From NCBI RefSeq assembly GCF_009914755.1, contig NC_060938.1: a stretch of 64,000 nucleotides of DNA; one strand, 5' to 3'. The DNA comes from the human T2T-CHM13v2.0 reference genome, Homo sapiens. Of this stretch, positions 40,660 through 53,723 are shown one piece after another. The position numbers and the translations under genes are program-made. The notes beneath the pieces are model-generated. The model searched no databases. It was not told the DNA's origin and saw only the letters and a list, made by a program, of their open reading frames with translations. Every line of letters begins with the position of its first letter. Position 1 is the first letter of the stretch.

Positions 40660-41200
40660 GAATTTATTCATTCATTTAACAAATATATTTTAATCATCAC
40701 CCATGGGTCAGGTGCTTTTCTACACGAACTGTTCTACACTAACTGACTTATTCAGAGGTGACTAAGAAAACCTCTGCTCTCTAGAAGCCTAGAAGACTGA
40801 GATATCAATAAGTAATTGACATTCTGCCTGGAGCGGTGCCTCAGGAGAAATAAGTGTCAACTATGGAAGCAGCACCACAGAGGGGCCATTTTTAATAGTG
40901 CAGGGAGCCCAAGGTCTTCATGGTGGAGGAGGAGCTATCTGAGCTTGGGAGGGAACCCGAGGTAATGGTTTGGGCTAAAAGGCATTTCTGGTGTGGCAAA
41001 TTGCAAAGGGCACAGGCAGAAGTGGAGGGCTGGGGAACGGTGACAGGAGGTGAGGCTGGAGAGGAAGGGAGAGCAGAGGCCTCAGATCCCAGAGGACTGC
41101 CATCCTGGGAGAGCCCTGGCAGGAGTTTTCAGGAGTGTGACAGAGACTGCATCTTCGAGAAGAATTACCCTGGAGGTGGATTAGGCCTGAGGCTGCTGTG
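40660..41200. mobile_element. L2 fragment
   Basis: ttcattcatttaacaaatat L2 terminal motif followed by degenerate L2 3' sequence. Confidence 0.6.
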
Positions 41201-41274
41201 GGAGTGTTCCATAGCTTCCTCTCCTCTTCTTTGTTTCACAACTCTTGTAACTTGCTTTGCAAGAAGGAATGTGA

Positions 41275-41318
41275 TCTCATTGTTCAATTCCCACCTATGA
41301 AAAAAAAAAGAAAAAAAA
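41275..41318 (+). mobile_element. Ultra-short 5'-inverted L1PA insertion (25-nt antisense L1 plus poly-A)
   Basis: tctcattgttcaattcccacctatg is the antisense of the L1 ORF2-stop/3'UTR junction, followed by an A-tail; 14-bp TSD aagaaggaatgtga at 41261-41274 and 41319-41332. Confidence 0.85.
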
Positions 41319-42414
41319 AAGAAGGAATGTGAAATTGTGGTGTTTGTTAGTTTAAAGTTGTTTTTTATTGATAAATATCTTGAAGGACTCTCCCAATGTG
41401 AAATCCGGTTCAGGATCTGTCTGCAAACTCATTGCTTTTCCTGGCTTGAGGTGCCCACCTCTGCCTTTCTCCTCACAGACCACTTGTAATTCAAGATAAA
41501 CGAATGCCAGAGAGTAAAAATGGATAGGCGCAGGCAGCATGATTTAGAATGAAAGAATATTAATTGGTTTCACCGGAGTGTATATTTTCATTATGAGAGA
41601 AGTGACTACCTAGATTTTAAAAAATAATTGGTTGGTGACACACCTGCAGTGTGCATGTGACCTCTAGAAACTTGAGAACGAAAGTAAAGGTCAAGATGAG
41701 AGGTGTAGCACCACAACGAGCCTTTTGTAGGCACGCTGTTGAACAGTGGCGTTCAAAAATCGCTAACAGGTGGTTTCAGAAAGTCAGTGATACTAATGTG
41801 CTTGTGTCCAGACTTTAAAAATACTACAGCAAACTTAAACTGTGGTTTCAGTAAATTCTCCTTACCTTATGAACAGCTTCTTCTGTGTATTGAGTTTACA
41901 AATGTGTCTTTAGTGAATCTTTGGACTTAGTTTATGCATTAGAGTATAATCATTATGCTTTGTTCTTTGACTATGAGCAAGCTATTTTAAACAATTAAGT
42001 CCATGCAGTAATGTTTAGTCATTGCTAGCGGTGGTTAAATCTCTTGGAAATGGATCTGGCTTTGATCCTAGCCCCACAATTATCTGTTACATGTGGGACA
42101 GTGACTAAGTTGCTTAACTTTAAGCTTCTGTTTGCTTATCTCTAAAAGTAGGGGCAAAACAATACCTCAGAGGTTGTTTTGAGGATGAATGTGATGATTA
42201 GGATGGTGATAATAATGAACATTACTGATCTTTTACCAGATGCCAACGTCAGGCACTGGGCTAATGGCTTAACATACATTTAAAAAAATCCTTACAATAA
42301 ACTTATGCCTTAGGTATGATTATTACCACATTTTACAGATAAGGTAACAGAAGCTTACAGAGCTGACAGAACTAACTCAAGGTTAAGAAGGCAGGATGTG
42401 GTGGAATTAAGATT

Positions 42415-42745
42415 AGTATCAGCAAATTATGATCCACTAGCCACATCTACCCCCAACCCCCCAGTTTTTGTAAAGTTTTATTGGAACAAGGCCATACCCA
42501 TTCATTTGTGGTGGAATTAGGATTAGTATCACTGAATTAGGGCCCATTAGCCAAATCTACCCCATCCCCCTCCATTTTTGTAAATACAATTTTATTGGAA
42601 AATATCCATAACCATTTAGGTATTATCTGTGACTCCGTTCCTGCTATAAGAGCATAGTTGATAGTAGTGACAGAGACCATATGGCCCACAAAGCTGCAAA
42701 TATTTACAATCTGGCCATTTATAGAAGTTTGCTGACCTCCGCATT
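42415..42745 (+). mobile_element. MER58-like hAT DNA transposon inside MIR, with duplicated 5' part
   Basis: tttttgtaaa...ttttattggaa...gtgacagagaccatatggcccacaaagctgcaaatatttacaatctggccatttatagaagtttgctgacc. Confidence 0.8.
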
Positions 42746-45700
42746 AGACCTCAGGCTATCTGACTTCAGAACCTAAGGTCTAAACCATAAAAACACTAAT
42801 CATGGTGCTTGGCATATAGTAAACATACACTAAATGAGTACTACCTTGTTGCTCATCTAACTTACTATAGAACTGTTAACCTCGCAGAATTAGTATCTGC
42901 AAAATGGAAATAATAAGCATTCAACCGCCAGCAAGAAAAGTCATAATGACTATGGAGATGTTGAAGAACTTAAAGTTCCAAAAGGAACACACGCTGAATT
43001 ATGTGTTATAGTTGTTGTTTATTACTATGCTTTATGTAATATAAATGAGAAATTCCATTTTCACACCAAAGTACAGTATTGCCTTAAAGGAGATCATTGT
43101 GAATTTTAGTGACTATTCAGGATATCTATTAAAAGAAATTAATTTCATACATGAGAAAATTTTATAATTTTAGGAAATTTAAAAAGTATAATTTTCCTTA
43201 TGAAAAATACATATTATCAAAAAAACTTACAGTATTATGATCTGTATTATTTAAAAAGTATATAAGCAGTATCTTTACAATAAGAAAAATATGCAGCAAG
43301 ACATCTCTTTTAATGAGAAGATAAACAATTAATATACCTCCCTTAATTGTCCTACCAGCAACAAAGGAACGAAATTATGGTTTCCACTTTACCCTACTCA
43401 TAACTTTTATTTCCATATGTTTTTCTGTTGATTTAGGGAATTCCCTGTCCTCTGCTCTGTAAATGGCCTTGGATTTGTGTTACCTTGGAGCTCACAGAGC
43501 AGGCTTTGGTGGGCCTTCAACTTGTGTTGAGGGAATATTCTTGGAATTTCTTTCACCAGGCCCAATGTCATGTTTCTGGGTTGGTGAGTGGTGGGCGGGG
43601 AGGGGGAGTAGTCGTAGATTAGTTACCTCATGACGTTTATCCTCTTCCCTTGCAAAAGCTCTTTTTGAATAGAGATGCAGTACATTTTCATTCTGGAACA
43701 CTTAGAAAACACAGGTAAGCATAAAGAAAGAACATCAATGTTTTTGTAATTGTCCTACCCACAGATCACCACTGTTAACAATTTGGTGGCTATCCTTGTA
43801 GTCTTCTATACAATGGTGTGTGTTTCTATGAATAACACTTTTTATAGATGTATATCCATGTATATAGGTATTTTCTTGTGAATCCATACACACCTGACTC
43901 GGCTGGGAAATGTCTGGGACGAGGTGTTCTAATTTGTATATGAGCAGCTTATTTGGGGGAAGCTGGAAGCTACATGGTCAGTTTCCATAGAGAAACTGTT
44001 CCACAGAGATTTCCTTTTTGATGTGACACTTATATTTTTCCTGGTGTTGAAATTCAGGATTTTTAGCACTTTTGTTTTCAAAAGAATTTGTTTGAATTTA
44101 AATTCAAGCGAGAACTAGTGATATACTCATTAGTGATAGGATTTTCAGCAGACAAATCTTTCCGTACCACCTTAATATTTATTTTTATCTAGACATAGTA
44201 CACATTTAAATGTGGAAATAGTTTTGCAGTTATAGAACGAAGCTAGTGGTGAGAAAGGTGTGGTGAGAAGGGTATGGTGGGTTAAAGAAACATATGGCTT
44301 TTTTAGGTCAGATACATCCATGTATGAAAAGTTAAACGATTAGATGGAGTTTTCTGGTTGCTTTCCAAACTCATCCTGTCACATATTATGTCTGCTGCAT
44401 TATCCTCTAGGTTGCTTAAAAATAATTTTATTTACTGTGTTTAGTATTGAGATGTTTAGGTCCAGTTCTTAAAGCAGAGAGAGGGCTGGGTCCTTCGAGG
44501 ATTTTGGTTTAGTGACCAGCATGCAACGGAAGCATTGTTGGGTTATTTTTTCATTGGCAAATTTGAGACGTTGTGATTCGTATATCAATTTGAGAATTCT
44601 TTGGAATTGGGTGCTTGGGATTTATGTGGTTAAATAGACTATCACCACATCTTATTTAAATCCTAATTTCCCTGTCCCTCCCTCAAGCCAGTTATAAAGG
44701 ATCTCTGGGCCTTGCTCTTTGCTTGTTCTCATGTGTTACCAATGAGAAGAGGCCTATTTCTCTTACTAGCAATTCCCATTACTTGCATTTCAACCATCAT
44801 AAGCTTTCATAACAGCATCATTTTCCTGACTATTGCCTGTCAGGGGTGCTTACAGTGAATCACAGCCAACTGCATGCCTTGGCCTTGACACTGGAAGGTA
44901 TACAGTCTTTTTGATGATTCTTCTCTTTGCTTCCTCTCTTCAACTCCACTTGAAAAACTGTTTTAGGAGTAAAATTGAATGAGCATGGCTTGGTTGGGCA
45001 CAAAGCATCCTGTCCTGTGTGCTTGAGGCACCATCTGGATGTCTTGGTGAAGAATATATTTTATGTAGTTGTAGGGGAGATCCTTGTTCACTTCCAGGGG
45101 AAGCAGCATGCTTTTCCAGAGACTCCCTTAACTGCCTGATGGCTCACAAGCAGAAAATGAGAAGCAGCAGCTCGGCTTCTCATCCCCTGGAGAAATTCAT
45201 CAGGTGTTCTAAGTCTTGAATTGCTATCAGTGAAAACAATGGTATTCATGGCACCACCCTTTCAAAAGGAGAGGTTTGGAGAAACATCCAGCGGAGATGA
45301 GGATGGAAGGTCGAGGGCATTCCTGAACTCTTGTAAAATTCATGGTCAATACATTCATCTGATAGCAAGATTGTTTACCCTCTGTTCTGAATGCTGCTTG
45401 CCCAGAGGTAGTAACAATTTATATGATGCTTGTAGGAATAAAGAATGTTGTGTTTTTTATTTTTTAATTTATCATGGTACTTGGGAAATGCCTCAGGGAA
45501 GAGAAGACTAGAAAACTAAAATTATGGGCCAGCAGATTTTAAGTAGAGTATGTTTTTACAAGAGTCTGGTGGCAAGTTTGGTTCACTTGTACCACAAATA
45601 CCTTTATTGGGTCTGTTCAGGAGAAATTTGCAGGACATAAATGTTTGCTGTGGTACAGAGTGTCCTGAGAATGCAAGACTCTGAAACAGAGACAGGAGAA

Positions 45701-46999
45701 TGACTATAGCCACATTTATTCTGCCGTCAAAAGGAAACATTCTTTGATGCCAGGGCCTTTTATTGTGAGGCTAAGTTGATCCTTCTGGGACAACAGAAGC
45801 ATTAACTCATGACGGTGAAGTTACCTTTCAGGGGCCCCATTCCTACTTCTGTGTTGGCTGGTTTTCTATGTGCAATAATGCATAGACTGCATAGGCTGCA
45901 GTAATTGATACGGCTGAAATCCGGAGAAAAGGAAAGAACATGCTCCAAATATGGGGTGCTGTGGTCTTCAAGCATTATTGTAATTGACCCAAGCAACCAT
46001 GTTTGAAATAGACAATATTATTCTGAGTTTGCACTCGAGACAGTGGAAGCTCAGAGAGGTCAGGCACATTGCTCAGTTCACACAGCTAATGAGGTGCAAT
46101 CTGGTAACTAACTATTGGAGACCCTCTCCGGTCTGTGTGGCCCAGCACTTCTTCCCTTTTCAACTGGATGACAGGGTCCCTTGGAGCAGGATGACACTTT
46201 ACCTTAGAAAAACATCCATCCTCTATTTGAGGATGGTCTGTTGAAATCTATTTCTGCAAAAGAAGAAGACCCTAAGGAACTTGAAGCCATGCCCATAGAA
46301 AAATTGAGGTTTGCCATATTTGAACATCAGTCATTTAAAGAACACACAACCAGTGTCCTGTGAGTGTAAAGCTGTGTACTCTCCAGCATGGGACAATTAG
46401 GTCTCCCCCTTGGGGATTTCATCTGTCCTTACACTGTGGTTATCACATAGAAATGGATGAATGTCAACTTTTAATCTTAAGCCCTCTTTCCAAACTCTAG
46501 TTTTCTATTTTCAAACTACTTGACCTTTGCATTGTTTCACCTCACAACAATCTCCACATGTAATGACCAACAAGCTTGTAAGCACTCCCATGAGCATTCC
46601 CAATTAATCCTCAAAGCAACCTAGTGAACTGTGTTTTGTCTGTTTTACATGGAGAAAAACAAAAACAAGCCCTTGTATTACAGAGGTTAAGTGATTCGAA
46701 GTATTTCACACAGCTCGGGTGTAACATGGCTGGCCCACAGATTAAGACCTCTTTCATCTCCCAGTTTAGGGCCTTCTCCAGGACAGTGCCACCATTACTC
46801 CAAAATAGAACTTGGGGTCTTCCCCAGAAAGATCCTCTCCTACCTTGCACTTCTTTTGCTTTATCTTCATTTATATAGTAATTCAGTCTCATTCTTGACA
46901 TTATCTTTTATTCTGCCTCTCTCTTGTCTCAAATATTCTTTTAGTAGCATATTTTCTTTTAAAACTTCCCTTCTTTTCACATCCCCTTAATTCAAGCTA

Positions 47000-48170
47000 T
47001 TATTTCAGCCTAGATTGTTGCAGTCTCCTAACTAGTGTTCTTATCTCCTATCTTACTCAGTTTGGTTCAGATAAATACTTGAGTCCTGCTCTATGCAAAG
47101 CACCATGCTAGGGAATGCAAAGATTTTCCTTTCTGGGCTGCTTCATAAATAGTTACCAGATTGAAATACTGTTTCTAACATATTTTCCTGCTCAAAATCA
47201 CTGACTGCTCCATCTCACGTCAAGCTGTCTGTAATCTTAGCTTAGTGTTTAAAACTTACCAGTGTAGCTCCATTCTGCCTTTCAGCCTCCCTATAACACC
47301 AGACATTTCTTAGCGCGAGTTCTGTGCTCTGTCCATGAAACATTTCCATTCATTCTTGTTAGGCACAACACATGCACTAAGTCCCTGCCTTTGCTTGCTC
47401 CTTTGTAAAGTCTTTCTAACCTTGTTTTATCCACAGTGGTTTCTCTCTTCTCTTAACACATTAATTGAGTACCTTCTATAACCAGGAACTATTGATTGGT
47501 ATATATCAGTGGACAAAGGCCATAATCTTTGTTCTCAAAGTTGGATGATTCTCAAAGTTGGATGGCATTAGAAACAGCCACTAAACAGCAGATGTTAAAA
47601 ATGAAGGAAATCATATAGTCTGTTACATGGCAGTCAGTGCAGTGGAACAAAAATACAGAAGGTTAAGAAGGATTTAGGAGTCCTGGGGTAGAAGTGAGTC
47701 ATTGTGGTTATAATAGATGGTGACCATTAAAAGAAAGATGACATTTGAGCAATGACTGTAAGGAAGTGAGGGAGTTAGGCATTCACATAGCCAGGCGAAA
47801 ACATTCCAGGTAGAATGGACAACCACTACAAAGGCGCTGAAGGGTTCCTAATGTGTTCAAAGCACACCAGGGAGGCCAGTGTGGTGGGGGCTGAATGAGC
47901 AAGGAGGACAGTGGCAGGAGACAGGTCAGGGAGGCAACAGCACACGGGATGCTGGCGGGCCAGGGAGGGACTTCGGCTTTTGTTCCACTCGAAACAGAGT
48001 CTTGGGAGGATTATGAATTGAGGAGAAATGAGACCTAACTGATTTTAGTATCAGTCTAGTTACTGGCTGAGCATATGCTTCAGGGGGCTGAGGGTGGAAG
48101 CAGGGGACTTAGCTCAGAGGCTATCAGCATAATCAAGGTGTGATTTGTACCAAGACGAAGTGGATAAAGA
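47000..48170. mobile_element. L2 fragments
   Basis: gacatttgagcaatgactgtaaggaagtgagggag...gggaggccagtgtgg...gaagcagggga L2 motifs; approximate. Confidence 0.6.
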
Positions 48171-48479
48171 AGAGAGAGAGAAGTCGATATTGAATCCAAG
48201 ATTAAATACTACTGTATCATTGACTTTGTATTCCATGTGGTGGCACTCAATCACATGTATGCAAATAAGTACCTTTCCCTCGTAAACTTAGAGATGAAGC
48301 ATGACAAAAACTTATAAAAGTTAAATGGTAAGAGGCTATGTGTATGTACGGATAATATCTTCTCAATAACATTGCAAGTTCCTTAGAGATATTTATTCAT
48401 TTATTCAGTCCACAAACTTTTAAAAAGGTACTCGTTAAAGGCCAATGATTGCCTTGCATTTGAGCAGTGCGGAATGCAA

Positions 48480-48750
48480 TAGGAGAATGTCAGTGTGGTG
48501 GGTAAGTGTGCAGGCTATGATGGAGACGGATGTATTCAAACCCTAGTTCCATTACTTATTTGCTGGGTGATCTTGAACAAGTTACTTAAGCTGCCTGTTT
48601 CCCACCTTTCTCATTTGCGAAATGCTGATGATAGTATCTCATAGGATTTTCTCTTAGGATTTTCCATAGGGATTAAATGAACTAATACATGTAAAATGCT
48701 TAGAAAAATGCTTCCCCTGGAAGTGCATACTAAGTACTCAACTACTAACT
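48480..48750 (+). mobile_element. MIR
   Basis: gtgatcttgaacaagttacttaa...ggattaaatgaactaatacatgtaaaatgcttagaa. Confidence 0.75.
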
Positions 48751-50891
48751 CAAAAAAGTTAGTGCTGTGGAAAAAATAGCTAAAAGAGGATTTAACATTT
48801 AGAGTGACTTTTCACCCCTGTAACTACCCATGTTCAAAACCTGTCAAGTTACCTGGTTAATGAATGTGAATAATAAGGTCTCATAGTAAGCCTTGTTCTC
48901 TAGTTGATAGTTTAAAAATGACAGAGAATTGCATTGTGATTAGTCTGATTACGTGCCTCTTTTTGAAGGTGGACATGGAAGCTGGTCAGTAACCCTTCTG
49001 GGCACATTTTGATTGACAGACTGGCAAACAGCATTTAAATCTCTAACACATAAAAAAGATCAATGTTTTCTTATTATTTTTTAGCTTAAAATGTTGAATG
49101 TGTATTAAAATGAGAAAAATAATTTTCAGGATAGATATGACTCCTAGTACATAAAAGCAAGGAGATCACATCAAGGAGGGAATATTATTTTTTTGACCAA
49201 ATACAGGAAATTACTCCTCCTTGTTTATATTATATTTATAAAATTCTCCTCCATGTTTATATTTTGCTACCTAATATCTCCTTTCTTTTTTTTTCTTTCA
49301 TGTAGTTGTTGTTTTTTTCATCCCTCTTATTATCAGCAACTATATGGCCTCCAAATCCAGGAAAGAGCAGTGCATTGCTACTGTGGAACTCATGCGGACA
49401 TCTTTAGTGTCAGAGGTAGTTTGAAGAGCAGCTTAATTCTGCTTTCATTGTGCCTGGTACTTCTGTGAGGCACTCAGGTTCTGTCTGAGCTCAGTATTAC
49501 TGATCCCATCCTATACGTCCTAGATGGCAGTGCAGTCAGTGGCTGTCAATGAGTAACAGGTAAATATTGAACAGGGAAGCCCTTTTGATTAACTTTGTGG
49601 ATCATTGTTTGAAAGTAGCGTACAGTCAGAACAGCACCATCACTCATGATCATAGCACATGGCGTAGGGGTCAGAGCACCAAGCTGCTGGTTTGAAAGCT
49701 GAGATTGCATTCTTTGTTCTACACATGGGCCTGTATTCATGTACTGCTGGACTAGTTACAACTATCCAGTGAACAAAATGCTGACTGTTTAGCACAATAT
49801 TCATGCAAAATATTTAAGATGGTAAGGCACAAAGAATGCTTGAGGGACTTTGTGCGACATAGGTATAAATATGTTAAAGCGTGTTTATAATTGCTTTTTG
49901 AAGTGTTTAACACTGGGTGCTTTTACCTTTTTATCCAGGTTCAGAAACCTTTTTCTAATAAGGAACTTAGAGATGTGTGGCAGGTTGAGGATAAATTTTT
50001 GCTCTTATTAGTATGTACTGAAAATAAGTAATTTTAGCCTCTATCAGTTTTCCTAGGTTTGTTCTACGCTACCTATGGGTACAACTTACCCCCATGACAC
50101 ATTTACCCAGGAGGTTGGTCCATACCTGATTTGTCAAGTGATTCATTGAACCTCATGATAAGTTAATGGTTTATCATCATTAGGAACAATACTATTATCA
50201 TCATGATTAATATTTTTGAGCAACCATCAAATAATATGCATGGAACTTGTTAAAAGGCATAAATGAGGTTGCATGGAAAAGAACAGCTTTCTGTTCTCAA
50301 ATATTTCTAAATAACACTTACATGGTCATAAAAAGGCACAGATAAAACATGATTACGCTGCTTATGCATTTCTAGGAGAAACTTAATTCAGTAGTCAAGT
50401 AGGCAATTCCAAAACGTTTTCATAAGCCAAAGATTTTAAGTAAATCTTTTAATTGAGACTTTTAATCATACCGAGCTATAGAAATAATATTCAGATAATT
50501 ATGTTCAATAATTAAGATCATCAAAACAACTAATCATTAAGATTATTAAAACAAAGCTAATCTACATCCTTCCTACCCATATTCTAGAGCAGTGGGTAAA
50601 AAGGTAAGCATTTTATGGCACTTTAAATATATAATTGCAACATTTACTGTTTAGCATATACGAACCACAAAAGTGACAAAATCTATATCCAGTGTGCTGG
50701 ATAAGGTCTTAATTTTATGTATCACTTAAGTGTTAAATTTATACAACCTAGTCAAAGTGGTAACAGCCCCACAATAAAGAATAATAATTTTATTCTGGAA
50801 AATTATTCAAATGAAAAAATACAAAGTAGTCATGCTAGTTAGAGCTGTAAATGACATGTTTCCATCAAATTTCTGAAGAAGAGATTCTGTG

Positions 50892-51198
50892 TTTTTTTTC
50901 TTTTCTTTCTTTTTTTGAGATGGAGTCTTGCTCCGTCACCCAGGCTAGAGGGCATTGGTGCAACCTCAGCTCACTGCAATCTCCGCCTCCCAGGTTCAAG
51001 CAATTCTCTTGACTCAGCCTCCCCAGTAGCTGAGATTACAGATGTGCACCACCACGCCCAGCTAATTTTTGTACTTTTAGTAGAGATGGGGTTTCACCAA
51101 GTTGGACAGTCTGGTCTCAAACTCCTGATCTCAGGTGATCCGCCTGCCTCGGTCTCCTAAAGTGCTGGGATTACAGGCGTGAGCCACTGCGCCTGGCC
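50892..51198 (-). mobile_element. AluSx
   Basis: Full body; 15-bp TSD agattctgtgttttt. Confidence 0.95.
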
Positions 51199-53406
51199 AG
51201 ATTCTGTGTTTTTAAAAGTGTCAACTTTGCTTTTAAATAACGGTGGCAAATAGCAATATTCTTTCTTTTAATAATATTCTAGACTAATTTATGGGAACCA
51301 CACTTCCTTTGGAAAAGGACGTGATTTAAAATTTCATTTAGAAAACAACTTCAGTTGTTCTAGTATTATCACAGAGCAGTGTATTAGAAATCACTGTATT
51401 ATATTTTGAAATTTAGATCAACCTATAATATGAACACGAAAAACATAAACATGAAAATGTAATTTAACAAAGGTGAATTTTTCTTTACGATAGAAATACA
51501 CTGAAAGCTTTTGCCAGTTAAAGAACAGCGTGGGCTACTGTCCTTGCCTCTTTCCCTAGGGAACCCAGGATCTAATCTGGATTAGATTCCAAATGAACAT
51601 GTGTTAGGTGGTCCCATCATAACCCGGAATGGATATTTTGCTACACCACAAAACTAGAACATAATTTGACATAAATCTTTGTTTAGAAGCGAAATAGCAG
51701 GGGATGCTGTGGGTCAGGGTGGAACTGGCAGGGCTGCGTGGGAACCTGCCCGCATAGCCTGGTGTCTAGCAGAGCTGGCACTTTTAGGCCTTTGGTTTCC
51801 TTGAAATTATAGGTAATGAATTTAACATCTAGTCTCTCTTTCTCTGGGACAGTAACCTTGGTACATAGTGTTCTTTCATGTCGACTTGTGACCCATATTT
51901 TTGGTATTTCATTTATAAGAAAAATATACATATATATAATTTTTAAAGTTGCCTAATAATTGCCACAACTTAAAAAAAATTTTTTTACTTTATTATGTTT
52001 GTACCCTAACAGAAAATAGAATGGGTTAGGCAAGCATTATTTAAATGATGGTGATGCCATCACTGCTGGGTTTTAATATTCCATTTTAATCACTGGGCAA
52101 ATTGGTCGTGTTTTATTTGGGGAAAATGGAATATGTTGAGGGAGGATGTGGTCATTTTGAAAGTCATTTGGTTTAGTTCAGGAACAAACACTCATTTATC
52201 AAGGAAATATTTATTGTCTCCTTTTGGGAAAGTGTAGGCATCCTCAGTCTCAAAGAAGTTGCATGCCAGTGGGGCAATGAGGCATATAATTTATTGATTT
52301 AATAAATATTTAGTGAATGCCTACTAAGTTCCAGTTCCTATAGCATAGAGTTTATATTAAATTGAGGGGAGCAGACATTATGCAGATACCTGTGGAGTTA
52401 AAAAGGTAGAACTCTATAGTATACAGTAAATTAAATCAGGGCAAGGAGATAGAGGGTGGCAAGTGCTTTTTATACAAGATGGGACAGGTGAAGTGCCTTA
52501 AGAAGTGCCTAAGTTTTTCAGTTCTGTACAAGTCCAGAGAGCAAACTTATTTGTGGCTGTCGAGAATTGAGGGTCTCTTCTTGGAAAGTTGGAACTTAAA
52601 GCTGGCCCGTGAATGAACAAGGTAATGAACAAGCCACGTCTGTACATGACAAACAAAAGATGGAAACAATTTCTATTCAGGATTGACTAGAAAGGGTTTA
52701 GGCATACGGAGTCTTGAAGAAGAAAAGAGGAATTTGATTTCGACATTTTATTTAGTTTCAATATACTGAAGTATTTGGGCCAAAGAATAATGGAATGTGT
52801 GGGATTTTTGTAACCTCTGTGTTTGCATGGAGTGGATGAGAGAGAGAGGCCAGCTTACAGGCTTTTGTGATAATCATAAAGTGAGGAGACTATATAAATT
52901 TTTTATCTGCACAGGCATAGATTGTTTCGTGTTTTATTTTTAAGGGCTGTTGTGTGAACATGGGGTGGGGTAGAGGCATCATGTCATCTCCTGACTTGTG
53001 AAAGTGATTTGCTGACTGGAAAGTTTGAGGACCACTGTTCTAGTCCCAGTATGCTGGCTGTGGTTTATGTGATTACCTACATGCTTCAACAGGATTCAAT
53101 CAGGAAATACTTTTTAAAATTATATTTATTGATAGAGCACCAAGAAGAACTTATGAGATAGTGAACATTGTTGGGCTGGAATAGGCAGCCAGAAATGTTT
53201 CTGCAGATGGATTATTATAAGAAATGGCCAACATTTAATTCATATCCTACTATATAGGAAACAAATACATGTTAATGTTATAGGATAGGTATATATAACA
53301 TAAGCTAGTGATATCAAACAGATGAATTTAAAGTTTGTATTTGTTAGTGAATGCTGCCTGTGCATTAAGGTACCAATCAGACATGACACATGCATGTTGT
53401 GGGTGA

Positions 53407-53723
<317 letters not shown>

